Assembly: GCA_026418295.1 (NCBI GenBank) | Contig: JAOABP010000002.1 | Location: 162,367-226,366, forward strand | DNA length: 64,000 bases | Origin: a candidate division WOR-3 bacterium | GTDB taxonomy: Bacteria > Hydrothermota > Tepidihabitantia > Tepidihabitantales > Tepidihabitantaceae | Direction: 5' to 3' | Shown: positions 1 to 9,356 of the stretch, one piece after another | Numbering within the stretch: the first letter of the stretch is position 1 | Layout: each line of letters begins with the position of its first letter | Program-made: the position numbers and the translations under genes | Notes under the pieces: model-generated | Seen by the model: only the letters and a program-made list of their open reading frames with translations | Databases searched by the model: none | Told to the model about the DNA's origin: nothing

Positions 1-17
1 ATTATCGGTATTTTCAA

Positions 18-1430
18 TTGCACTGGGCAGATGTCTGGACGCTTAAGGGGGACTGGACCCATAATGTGGGCAAGATTCACGAGTTTAAAGCTGGAGGAGA
101 GTTACGCCAGAATTTCTTACACCGACGTTATAATTCGCTGCCTTGGGATCCCAATCCATTTGTTGATCTATATGATGTCAGTCCTATTGGTGCTGCTTTA
201 TTTATTCAGGATAGGATGGACTTTGAAGATTTGATCGTCCGTCTCGGTCTACGTCTTGATTACCTCGATCCCAAGGCATACAAACGGGTAAATCCAGCAA
301 ATATCGAGGATACATCAACTGTGCGTGCCTCAGTTAAATATAAATTGTCCCCCCGGGTCGGCATCTCTTTCCCAATTACGACTAGGACTAAGTTCCGTTT
401 TAGTTACGGACACTTTTTCCAGACCCCAGCTTATCATTTTCTCTACGATAACATTTCTTCTGCAGCCTATGCTCGTGGTAATCAGATTATCGGTAATGTT
501 GATCTGCGGGCACAACAGACCATCGCCTACGAACTTGGAGTAGAGCAACAGATTGGTGATATTTTATTGGCAGATGCAACCGCCTATTACAAGGATGTGT
601 ATGATTTGATGGGAGTTCGATATCAGCCAGCAGTTCCTATGGGTTATTATCCGATAGTCAATGAGGAATACGGTAATATTCGTGGATTTGAAGTTGGATT
701 ACAAAAACTCGAATCCGGATACTGGACAGCGCGGATTTCATATGCCTTGTCAATTGCCCGAGGAACAGCATCATATGCATATGAGTGGTATTATGAGCGC
801 TATCGGTACGGGGTTGATCCAGTCACGGGTGAAGAGATGGAGCCGCCACGACGAGATTACGCACTCGAATTTGATGAGCGCCACAATGCAAAAATTTCGA
901 TTGGCTGTGATTTCCCGGTGGATTTTGCCTTTGTTCCCTTACGCCAATTTAACCTTTCCCTTTTGTTAAACTATGGATCCGGTTTGCCTTATTCGCCACG
1001 CGAGGTTGGACGGTTGAATGCAGGGAGACTGACAGGAGAAAGAAATTCGGCACGCATGCCACCGCGTTTTACTGCTGACCTCAATGCTGCCCGTTACTTT
1101 AACTTGGGCAAAGTAAAAACCGGTTTGACTTTAGTAGTGACAAATCTGTTTGATGCCGAAGTCGTACAATGGGTTTATGGTCATACTGGTCGCCCAGATG
1201 ATGATGGATATATCGCCGGATATTCACCAGCAAACTGGGTTTTGGATCCGGATGTAACGCTCTTGAATCTTAACAAATATAATCCCGTACGTGACATTAA
1301 TCACGATGGTTACATTACCGACGAGGAAGAATATGTAGCTTACAAGCTGGCATATCTTGATTTTGTCAACAATCCGGCAAACTTCGGACCACCAAGGCAA
1401 ATAAAAGTCGGGGTTGTGTTTGAGTTTTGA
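18..1430 (+). CDS. Outer-membrane beta-barrel protein, TonB-dependent-receptor-like C-terminal part. The 5' end is truncated at the window edge.
   Basis: The ORF runs off the window start. It ends in ...VGVVFEF, the aromatic terminal residue typical of outer-membrane barrels, and shows alternating amphipathic strands. There is an aspartate-rich calcium-binding-like motif, DINHDGYITDEEEY. A strong AGGAGG ribosome-binding site (RBS) for the next gene lies at its 3' end. Confidence 0.4.
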   Translation: MHWADVWTLKGDWTHNVGKIHEFKAGGELRQNFLHRRYNSLPWDPNPFVDLYDVSPIGAALFIQDRMDFEDLIVRLGLRLDYLDPKAYKRVNPANIEDTSTVRASVKYKLSPRVGISFPITTRTKFRFSYGHFFQTPAYHFLYDNISSAAYARGNQIIGNVDLRAQQTIAYELGVEQQIGDILLADATAYYKDVYDLMGVRYQPAVPMGYYPIVNEEYGNIRGFEVGLQKLESGYWTARISYALSIARGTASYAYEWYYERYRYGVDPVTGEEMEPPRRDYALEFDERHNAKISIGCDFPVDFAFVPLRQFNLSLLLNYGSGLPYSPREVGRLNAGRLTGERNSARMPPRFTADLNAARYFNLGKVKTGLTLVVTNLFDAEVVQWVYGHTGRPDDDGYIAGYSPANWVLDPDVTLLNLNKYNPVRDINHDGYITDEEEYVAYKLAYLDFVNNPANFGPPRQIKVGVVFEF

Positions 1431-4402
1431 AGGAGGTGCAGATGAAACGGTTATTGCTGGGGTTAATGATAATTGACATAATAATACCTGCGGTTTGGGC
1501 ACGCACAGCAATTCCCCAAACACGACCGGCAAGGATTTATGATTTCCAGTGGTATCAGAAAAATCAGTGGCGGCTTGCGGTTACAAATTATGGCGTATTT
1601 GGTAATGGAATAGGAAGATCAGGCGGAGAATGGCCCGCCGGTTCAGGCGATATGTATATTTATGGTGCTGGCGTCTGGATCGGCTGTATTAAAAAAACAC
1701 TTACGGGTCCTGACACTTTTGTTTCCAATGGATACAATCCTAATTCGGGTAAGTCTGAGATGACTCCTGGCTGCTATGATAATGCTGGTGGTGGCTATAG
1801 CACACGTTCTTACGAACGCATATATATTACACCCGATTTTCCGCCTAATCCGGCTGAATTTCCATCTGCTTTGCAGGATTCGATTTTAACACCACTTAGA
1901 ATTCCCAAAGGTAACGAAACCATTCCCAGCTATTTATATTACATACCTCGAACAGCTATTTCCAGTGGCGACGGCTGGGCAGTATTTAATGATGCTGATC
2001 CGTCAAATCATACTGCTGGTAGGACACCCCGTCCGATAGGAATCGAGGTTTATCAGTCAATATATTCATGGAATCTTCCGTGGAATCGAGATATCGTCTT
2101 CTTTAAGTATGATATTCGTAACCGCAGCAACGATACTTTGAAAGATCTGTATCTTGGGATTGCTTGTGACGCTGATGTCGGTAATGCCGCTGATGATTGG
2201 TGTGGCTTGTGTCTTCACAAATATATCAAAAATGCTTCTGGTACCGATTCTGTTTTTGCTGATAATCTTGGATATGTTTACAGTGATGACGCCTCGCCCA
2301 GTGGATTTGTCGGGTTCGATTTTTTGCAGAGTCCATTTGTAAAAAATCCGGACGGATCGATCGATGGTTTTGACGGTATTGATAATAACGGCAACGGTCT
2401 GATTGATGAGCCGGCTGAAGGTAAGCAGGTGGGGATGAGTTCTTTCCAGATTTTTATCCTTGCGGGGGACCCGAAGAACGACTTTGAACAGTATTTAGGG
2501 CTTGCGGGATATGACTGGAACGATCCAACTTACCCCTATGTTCCTTACGACTCAAATGATGCCGCGCCAGATGATAAAAGATTCCTTCAAGCAACAGGGC
2601 CTGTTACCCTTGCGCCCAATGAATTAACAACTGTTACGGTTGCAGTCATTGCCGCCAAGTCCGATCGAAGTGGGTCCCCATCAACTTGGCCTTATTACTT
2701 GGCAGTAGCTTCCCGGGCAGCGCAGCAGGCTTACGATAACAACTGGATCATGCCCGAACCCCCTCCGGGGCCTAATGTAACAGCCATTCCTGGTGATGGC
2801 AGGGTAACGCTTGTCTGGGATAATATTTCCGAATCGGCACGTGATCGGTTTTTCCCCCTTGCTCCTGCTCTACAAAACCCTTATTATGTTGAACAGGATT
2901 TTCAGGGCTACAAAGTTTACCGGAGTCGTTCAGGTCAACCTGGCGACTGGCAGCTGCTTGCGCAGTTTGATAAAAAAGATGGGATAGAATTTGAGGATAC
3001 AACTGTGGTTGAATCACTTCGGACCAGAGCTACAGATATCGGTCTTGTTTACTGCTTTGTTGATTCGGTCAATTTGCGTCTCGGATTTCCGTATTATTAC
3101 GCTGTTACTGCATACGATATTAATTACCTCGGAGGCGATCCTAACCAGACCCCCCCAGTTCCTCCAGATACGCTTACGCTTGAGTCCGGAATAATCGGTG
3201 TTCGAGCTGTTCCCAGAACATCCCCGTCAGGTTACGTTCCCCCTTCCGGTGCTTGGAGGCAGGTATCTGGAAATCGCCGTCTTCACATTGGAATTGAACC
3301 AATGGGAATCGTTCATTATGCAGTAAAACCGGATACCTTCTGGCTACAATTCCTACCGCCTATTTATGATCCCGTTCTCAGACAACCTCGTTACCGATAT
3401 TTTGTCGCCAATACTAACGGCGAAACACTGCAACCTGTAACCGAATTACCGATTAAACTGGATTCACGATCTGAGACTTTGAAGACTGTGGTTACAATAT
3501 TCGATTCAATCATAACAAAGATAGAGGCAAAGGAAAGTTCGATAGAAACTACCTATTCTTGGATGCCAGCTTTGCAGATTACGATGAAGTTACACATGGA
3601 TTCCATTCCATATCAGTCCTTTGACCGAATTAGAATTACAGGATCTTATCCTGCGGATTCAATTGCATTTCTTGACGATGGAACCAACAATCGAGCCTTC
3701 TGGGCATACCGAGGTTCCCACTACCGAATCGTCTGGAAAAACAAAGGAGCCGGTAGAACTGTTGAAGTATATGATATGGATAATGAAGTGGAGGTGCCAT
3801 ATCGGTATATGAGATTTCGCCGTGACCCTGATTCAGCTGATGGATGGTGTTTTCAGACAGTTAATTCTGCCGCTGATACCGTGGTATTAGGCCAGACGCT
3901 GTATCTCTCATTATGCGGTGGCCAGATAATGTTTAGGCCGCGTTCCGGAAGTCCGATTCTTCAGTTGCCCGATGACGGTGACACATGGTATGTTTATTCC
4001 AAACCTCTATCGCCTGCTCCATATAATACGCTCATGCAAATCACATTTGTACCGGGAGAAATACGAACAGATGGGGAACTACTGAAGGTAAAGGTTGTTC
4101 CCAACCCCTATCTTGTGCGAAATGAATGGGAACGGCACCGTGATTTCAGAAAACTGAAATTCATTAATCTTCCACCACACTGCAATATTTACATTTATAA
4201 CCTCGCTGGTGATCTGGTAAAGGTACTTAGACATGATGATACGCGATCTGATCTCGGCAGTGTACCCAGCCAGTACGGCGGGGATGAAGATTGGGATTTG
4301 TTGAATGAAGCGCATCAGAAGCCAGCTCCCGGGACGTATATTTTCTTTGTCGAATCTGATGACGGACGGTCTCAAACCGGAAAATTCGTGATAATTTACT
4401 AA
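1427..4402 (+). CDS. Large secreted protein (991 aa) with an FN3-like domain and a C-terminal type-A T9SS sorting domain. It is T9SS cargo of unknown function.
   Basis: AGGAGG RBS lies 7 nt upstream. N-terminal signal peptide: MKRLLLGLMIIDIIIPAVWA. C-terminus: KVKVVPNPYLVRNEW...IYIYNLAGDLVKVL...GTYIFFVESDDGRSQTGKFVIIY, which matches the T9SS C-terminal-domain pattern (VxPNP ... IYNxxGxLV ... GxYxxxV). DGIDNNGNGLIDEP motif. FN3-like PPPGPNVTAIPGDGRVTLVWD...YKVYRS. Confidence 0.6.
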   Translation: MKEVQMKRLLLGLMIIDIIIPAVWARTAIPQTRPARIYDFQWYQKNQWRLAVTNYGVFGNGIGRSGGEWPAGSGDMYIYGAGVWIGCIKKTLTGPDTFVSNGYNPNSGKSEMTPGCYDNAGGGYSTRSYERIYITPDFPPNPAEFPSALQDSILTPLRIPKGNETIPSYLYYIPRTAISSGDGWAVFNDADPSNHTAGRTPRPIGIEVYQSIYSWNLPWNRDIVFFKYDIRNRSNDTLKDLYLGIACDADVGNAADDWCGLCLHKYIKNASGTDSVFADNLGYVYSDDASPSGFVGFDFLQSPFVKNPDGSIDGFDGIDNNGNGLIDEPAEGKQVGMSSFQIFILAGDPKNDFEQYLGLAGYDWNDPTYPYVPYDSNDAAPDDKRFLQATGPVTLAPNELTTVTVAVIAAKSDRSGSPSTWPYYLAVASRAAQQAYDNNWIMPEPPPGPNVTAIPGDGRVTLVWDNISESARDRFFPLAPALQNPYYVEQDFQGYKVYRSRSGQPGDWQLLAQFDKKDGIEFEDTTVVESLRTRATDIGLVYCFVDSVNLRLGFPYYYAVTAYDINYLGGDPNQTPPVPPDTLTLESGIIGVRAVPRTSPSGYVPPSGAWRQVSGNRRLHIGIEPMGIVHYAVKPDTFWLQFLPPIYDPVLRQPRYRYFVANTNGETLQPVTELPIKLDSRSETLKTVVTIFDSIITKIEAKESSIETTYSWMPALQITMKLHMDSIPYQSFDRIRITGSYPADSIAFLDDGTNNRAFWAYRGSHYRIVWKNKGAGRTVEVYDMDNEVEVPYRYMRFRRDPDSADGWCFQTVNSAADTVVLGQTLYLSLCGGQIMFRPRSGSPILQLPDDGDTWYVYSKPLSPAPYNTLMQITFVPGEIRTDGELLKVKVVPNPYLVRNEWERHRDFRKLKFINLPPHCNIYIYNLAGDLVKVLRHDDTRSDLGSVPSQYGGDEDWDLLNEAHQKPAPGTYIFFVESDDGRSQTGKFVIIY

Positions 4403-4415
4403 AAGAGGAGGGGAA

Positions 4416-5435
4416 ATGAGGAGAGTTTTATATATCGTTCCTGTTATTATGTTAGTTATGCCGGGATATTCGGCATTTACAAAGGTGGGAATGGCAGGAC
4501 TGCCGTTCCTGAAAATAGGTGTTGGCAGATGTACAGGTATGGGGGAAGCTTTTGTTGCAATTGCCGATGATGCTACAGCGTCCTACTGGAACCCGGCTGG
4601 TCTGGCACTACTAATGCGCAATCAAGTAATTCTTAATCACATCGACTGGGTTAGCGATATCAATCACGAATTCATTGCGACTGTGCTTAATACTAAGGTC
4701 GGTAACTTCGGACTTTCTGTTGTTGCACTCTCACTTGGCAGATTTGAGGAAACTACGATTGACCAATACCAGGGGACAGGTCGTACCTTCAGTGGCAGCG
4801 ATATAGCATTGGGAATATCCTACGGTCGGATGTTCACGGATAAGCTCGCTTTTGGTCTAACAACCAAAGTAATATCAGAAAAGATCTGGAATGTGGGAAC
4901 GACTGGAATGGCATTTGATTTCGGTGTCCATTACAATACCGGATGGCGTAACTTACGACTGGGGATGGCAATCGCTAATTTCGGACCCGACCTCCGTTAT
5001 TCCGGTAGTCAACTCAATTTCACTTATGATCCACCTTGGGAATGGCCTTGGACACGAGAACCCATTCCCGCAACACTGCTTACGGAAACTTTTCCTCTTC
5101 CGATTCTTTTCCGGTTTGGAATTGCCTATGATTTCTTTAGTTATGAGAATTCAGCATTGACTGCTGCAATAGACTTGAATCACTTTAATGACGTGAATGA
5201 AAAGTTAAATTTTGGCGTAGAGTATCATATCAGTGGTTTCTATCTACGTGGCGGTTATATTCTTAATATGGATGTCAATTACGCATCCGATGTCGGGTGG
5301 GGTACAGGTGTTTCGCTTGGAACTGGTTTCCGGTTCAAACCAGTAAACGCAGTGTCATTGGGAATTGATTATGCTTATCGCAATCTCGGTAGATTGGGGC
5401 TTTCGCATCGCTTGACACTGTGTCTTGAATTCTGA
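4416..5435 (+). CDS. FadL-like outer-membrane beta-barrel of the PorV/PorQ type (putative T9SS cargo shuttle)
   Basis: AGGAGG RBS. Signal peptide MRRVLYIVPVIMLVMPGYSA. The motif GMGEAFVAIADDATASYWNPAGLA is the hallmark N-terminal motif I associate with PorV/PorQ-family barrels. The protein ends CLEF, an aromatic barrel terminus. It sits between two proteins carrying T9SS C-terminal domains. Confidence 0.5.
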   Translation: MRRVLYIVPVIMLVMPGYSAFTKVGMAGLPFLKIGVGRCTGMGEAFVAIADDATASYWNPAGLALLMRNQVILNHIDWVSDINHEFIATVLNTKVGNFGLSVVALSLGRFEETTIDQYQGTGRTFSGSDIALGISYGRMFTDKLAFGLTTKVISEKIWNVGTTGMAFDFGVHYNTGWRNLRLGMAIANFGPDLRYSGSQLNFTYDPPWEWPWTREPIPATLLTETFPLPILFRFGIAYDFFSYENSALTAAIDLNHFNDVNEKLNFGVEYHISGFYLRGGYILNMDVNYASDVGWGTGVSLGTGFRFKPVNAVSLGIDYAYRNLGRLGLSHRLTLCLEF

Positions 5436-5535
5436 TATTTAATATCGCGGGCTAACACAGATGATTTATACTTCGCACGGTAGTGGAAACGCATTTAAGA
5501 TTTTATGCTGAGACTAAAAGAGGAGATAAGAAGCC

Positions 5536-7026
5536 ATGTGTGAGGTATTGTTTTTTGCGATCTGCCATATGTATCTTGAAGAGAATGTTCAAAAAATGTT
5601 CGAACGGCAGATAATATTTACTCAGTTCCGGATTGCCGGTAATTTGCTGTGGAATTTTCTTGCAATTGACGACGTAGAGTGTGTTGAACCATTCTGGGAT
5701 ATCAATGGCGACAGCATTTCTGAAGTTTTAGTTGAATCTTTTGACACTGGTGCAAACGGTCCCGCTCATTTTTTTTGTCTATCGGGGAGAACCGGAGACA
5801 CAGTCTGGGCAGTTTGGCCCACTGGGGGCGTCAGTAACAGTGGCGGCTGGGGAGATCAATGTGTAGCATCGGTTCCTGATCTTAATGGAGATGGTATTGG
5901 TGATGCTCTGTTGGGAACTGCATGGGGGGGGAGAACGGTATTTGCCATTAGTGGTTGTGATGGAACGACGATCTGGTCCTATGATACTTACAACGACTCG
6001 ATTGCTTCAGGATGGGTTTACTGTGTCACCCACCTGCCTGATGTAGATGGTGATTTAGTCCCTGAAGTGCTGGCGGGAACCGGAAGGTATTGCCAAACTG
6101 TTTTCTGTTTTTCCGGTGCAACCGGCCGAATTCTTTGGCGGTTCTATGGTCAGGATGCATTCGGGTCGGTATGCAAAATTCCGGATGTAAATGGTGATGG
6201 TTTTGCAGATGTGATTGCCGGTACTTGGGGAAACAGTCAGGATCGGCATGTTTATTGTATTAGTGGCAACAGTCGGGGAAATCAACCGATACTTATCTGG
6301 TCATTTTACGCAGGTGGTGATATCTATTGTGTTCGTTCTTTTGCCGATATAAATGATAATGGTGTTCACGATGTTCTGGTATCCTCTTGGAATAACCACG
6401 TTTACTGCCTTGAAGGGAGTTCGGGTGAATTGATCTGGTCGGCCAATATTGGTGCCTATGGAATGAGAATAGAAACATTAGATGATCTCAATCACGATTC
6501 CATACCTGAAGTCATTGTGGGTTCATGGAATAATGCGGTAATTATTCTAGATGGAAGAAATGGTAATCAAGTCTGGCAAACCCCAGTCGGGAACGATGTT
6601 TGGACCGTAAACTCGATTGCCAGCGTGAATGGTGACAGTCAATCGGATGTAATTGCCGGGAGCGGCGATGGAAATGTATACTGTTTGGATGGAATGTCTG
6701 GTTCTATCATCTGGAGTTATGCAACTGGAGGGTGGGTAAATTCCGTTCGATGTATTAATGATGTCAACGGTGATTGTCTGCAGGATGTTATTGCTGGAAA
6801 TCAGTTTACAGCTTCTCCAGGAATCGTGTGTTGCATAGAGGGTGATACCTTAATGGTCGCTACGAAGGAGGACAGAGAGTGTTCGAGCAGAAGTACGGCT
6901 ATTTCTGAGTTGAAGATATTCTCGGCAGATGGAAGAAGAGTATCTATACCACATCAAGGTGTTTATTTCATTATAATACAAAAAGGAGGATGGCTGGAGA
7001 GAAAGAAACTGTTGATTTTGCAATGA
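5536..7026 (+). CDS. PQQ-like / FG-GAP-like beta-propeller repeat protein with a probable T9SS C-terminal domain
   Basis: It has about 8 repeats of the pattern ...NGDG..DV..G....VY...G.SG...W... (for example VYCISGNS, VYCLEGSSGELIWS, VYCLDGMSGSIIWSY), which is typical of a PQQ / BamB-like propeller. The C-terminus ISELKIFSADGRRVSIPHQGVYFIIIQKGG is T9SS-domain-like. AGGAG RBS is present. The N-terminus shows no obvious signal peptide. Confidence 0.5.
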   Translation: MCEVLFFAICHMYLEENVQKMFERQIIFTQFRIAGNLLWNFLAIDDVECVEPFWDINGDSISEVLVESFDTGANGPAHFFCLSGRTGDTVWAVWPTGGVSNSGGWGDQCVASVPDLNGDGIGDALLGTAWGGRTVFAISGCDGTTIWSYDTYNDSIASGWVYCVTHLPDVDGDLVPEVLAGTGRYCQTVFCFSGATGRILWRFYGQDAFGSVCKIPDVNGDGFADVIAGTWGNSQDRHVYCISGNSRGNQPILIWSFYAGGDIYCVRSFADINDNGVHDVLVSSWNNHVYCLEGSSGELIWSANIGAYGMRIETLDDLNHDSIPEVIVGSWNNAVIILDGRNGNQVWQTPVGNDVWTVNSIASVNGDSQSDVIAGSGDGNVYCLDGMSGSIIWSYATGGWVNSVRCINDVNGDCLQDVIAGNQFTASPGIVCCIEGDTLMVATKEDRECSSRSTAISELKIFSADGRRVSIPHQGVYFIIIQKGGWLERKKLLILQ

Positions 7027-9356
7027 ACCGGAAAGTTCGAATCGCGGTTGATCAGACTGTTAACCTTGATACTTCTTCTTTTAATCAACTTCAAATCATA
7101 AATTTACCAATTCATATTACCAATCTGTCGGATGAAATGGAAGATGCGTTGAAACATAAAGATTTTGTATCCTTTTATCGATTGCTTGAGGGGTATAACA
7201 AAAATCCTCCGCCAGCAACCAAGGCAGGGAGCCCATTTGAAATTAAGGAAATCCTTGAACGTGCAGTTATTTCCGAAAACTGCGATATAATCTGTTTTGT
7301 AGTTGGAAGACATTTGTCTGCAATCTATGATAATACCTTATACGCAGCTCAGGAACTGATGCGGATTTATTCCAACCGCATAGCTGTTATCGGTGAGCAG
7401 GCATTTCTGTCGCTTGAAATTCTGGCAGAAAGGACTGCCGAATTAGTTCGGATGGGAAAAGAATTTGACAAAGTTCTGAATTTTATTGAGGAACATCGGC
7501 ATAGAATATTTGTATTGGGAACGGTTCTGGATATCCGCCGTCTGCGTCGCACTGGTAGAGTGCCGATACCAAATTTATTCACAGGGGCGCTTCAGTCGTG
7601 TTTCAAACTATTTGGGGTCCTGCCATTTTTTATTCTCGAGAGTGATCGACCAAGATTGCAGAATTTGGTTGCTCGCCGGAATCTTACCCGGTTTATCCTT
7701 CGCGCAATTGAGGGCCGCGTAGGATTTAAGGAGCCGTTGATTATTAAAATTAGTTATACTGGAGGCGATGTTCCTGCAGATGCCCTGTATATCAAAAGTA
7801 TTCTAACAAAACAGTCTAATTTTAAAATTGCCAAGCCCATAGAGGTGAATCCTGCCAGCCCGGTTATCGGTATTCATACCGGTCCAGCGTTGGTGGCTGT
7901 GGGGGTGATGGGGCTAGGGTATGATACAATTACCACCGAGGTACTGCTTAAAGTGTTTCTTGAAGCGCAAATAGAGCTTTCGATTTTACGCACAGTGGTA
8001 AACGCAATTAATGTTTTCCCAGTACAGGATGGCGATACCGGAACAAATTTACTTTCTCCGTTAATTGGAGTAACTTCCAACATCGATCCTAATTTACCAT
8101 TGAGTGAAGCACTTAATCAGATTGTATTGCGCATAGCCCATCGAGGTGGAGGATATTCAGGTGGAGCATTGGCAGCGTTTTTCCTCGGGTTCAATTCCTG
8201 CGTGCATGAACAGGAAACTTCCAGCGAATTGCATCTTGATACGTTCGTTGCCGCACTAGAAAAGGGTGTGGACCAATGCTATAGATATTTCGGTGAAGAT
8301 GCAAAGGAGGGAACAATTCTTTCAGTAATGCGGGCGTGCTCCCTGGCAGCAAAACAGGCGTTTGAAGAGCATCCTACATTCCGCAATGTTCTGATAAGAG
8401 CATATCTTGCCGCTACAGACGAGTTGCTTAATCCTAGACTGCAGGAAGTTGAAATTCTACGCAAACAGAAACTTGTTGATGCCGGGGGATTCGGATTTAC
8501 ACTTTTTCTTTGGGCGGCACTTAGGACTTTGGGGCTACATCGGGAGCAACAGATTTACGACCGCTATCAGTATGTTCTACGTAAAGTTCGAAGCCAAGCG
8601 TATTACGGTCAGAGACTGATTTATCGTCGGCAACCCGAAGCTCTGCGGGGATATTGTGTTGAGGGATGTGTCAATGGGCAAGTCGTTGAGGAGTTGCGAG
8701 CTGAATTTTTGAAATTGGACAATCGACTGCCAAATCCCAAGATGACCTTCAATGTTATTGATAACACAACTCATTTTCACATCCATGTTTCAGAGGGATT
8801 GGAGGAACAGGTATTGCGTATCGCCAGCCGCTACGGATATGTTATCCCCCCTAGGAGTCCTACCCGACTTGCTAAACGCCGCAGAGAAATTTTCCGGTTC
8901 CGCCTAGTCAATTTATTCAGCAACATTAACCGAATTACCAGCACCTTGGCTCACTTTTTCGGAAACTGGCTTCTGCATATACTTTTTTTCCCGATAATAT
9001 GGGAGCGGCACCAGCAGCGTTTGAAGAAGCTGTTACGCGAGTTGGCATATGCGCAGCTGATTTCTATGGCAATGGATTTTCTTGTCCAAAGTGAATCATG
9101 GCAGACAAGCGTGGTTGATGCTGATTTGTCTGTTGTTTTTTTGAATGGGAAACACAAGGGAAACAGCCCACTAACCTTGGAACAGGTCTTTCCATGGGAT
9201 GTTGCGCGGGAACTTAGGAGTCGATTAATTCAGATGTCTGAACAACGACGTTCATTAATCCAGTTTGAGTACCATGGATACAGATTTGAAGCGGTTCTGC
9301 TTGCCTCTAGTGAACGTGTAGGCTATTTGCTTAGATATTACCAAGAGCGCGTGTGA
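7023..9356 (+). CDS. Three-part fusion protein: DegV (FakB-like fatty-acid-binding) domain, then Dak2/DhaL (FakA-like kinase) domain, then an unknown C-terminal region of about 270 aa. It is a putative single-chain fatty acid kinase.
   Basis: Residues 1-300 match DegV: KVRIAVDQTVNLD at the N-terminus and ASPVIGIHTGPALVAV at the domain end. The middle region matches Dak2: FPVQDGDTGTNL (the GDTGTN phosphate loop), GGGYSGGALAAFF, GEDAKEGTILSVM, DAGGFGFTLFL. The C-terminal third has no recognisable motifs. Starting at 7023 (MNRKVRIAVDQ) gives an ATGA overlap with the upstream stop. The ORF track extends to 6990. The stop overlaps the plsY start by 4 nt. Confidence 0.6.
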   Translation: MNRKVRIAVDQTVNLDTSSFNQLQIINLPIHITNLSDEMEDALKHKDFVSFYRLLEGYNKNPPPATKAGSPFEIKEILERAVISENCDIICFVVGRHLSAIYDNTLYAAQELMRIYSNRIAVIGEQAFLSLEILAERTAELVRMGKEFDKVLNFIEEHRHRIFVLGTVLDIRRLRRTGRVPIPNLFTGALQSCFKLFGVLPFFILESDRPRLQNLVARRNLTRFILRAIEGRVGFKEPLIIKISYTGGDVPADALYIKSILTKQSNFKIAKPIEVNPASPVIGIHTGPALVAVGVMGLGYDTITTEVLLKVFLEAQIELSILRTVVNAINVFPVQDGDTGTNLLSPLIGVTSNIDPNLPLSEALNQIVLRIAHRGGGYSGGALAAFFLGFNSCVHEQETSSELHLDTFVAALEKGVDQCYRYFGEDAKEGTILSVMRACSLAAKQAFEEHPTFRNVLIRAYLAATDELLNPRLQEVEILRKQKLVDAGGFGFTLFLWAALRTLGLHREQQIYDRYQYVLRKVRSQAYYGQRLIYRRQPEALRGYCVEGCVNGQVVEELRAEFLKLDNRLPNPKMTFNVIDNTTHFHIHVSEGLEEQVLRIASRYGYVIPPRSPTRLAKRRREIFRFRLVNLFSNINRITSTLAHFFGNWLLHILFFPIIWERHQQRLKKLLRELAYAQLISMAMDFLVQSESWQTSVVDADLSVVFLNGKHKGNSPLTLEQVFPWDVARELRSRLIQMSEQRRSLIQFEYHGYRFEAVLLASSERVGYLLRYYQERV

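Noticed and set aside
4416-5435. Assigning the 339-aa barrel to the PorP/SprF family or to a generic FadL transporter
   Set aside because: PorP/SprF proteins begin with a different glutamine-rich N-terminal motif. The xxADDAxAxYWNPAGL motif, the F-terminus and the T9SS cargo neighbours fit PorV/PorQ better. FadL is not excluded without an HMM search.
6990-7022. The upstream start at 6990 (MAGEKETVDFA) for the DegV-Dak2 fusion
   Set aside because: Its GGAGG sequence abuts the ATG with zero spacing, and it would overlap the upstream gene by 37 nt. The start at 7023 gives a DegV-like N-terminus and an ATGA stop/start overlap. Either start is possible and the functional call is unaffected.
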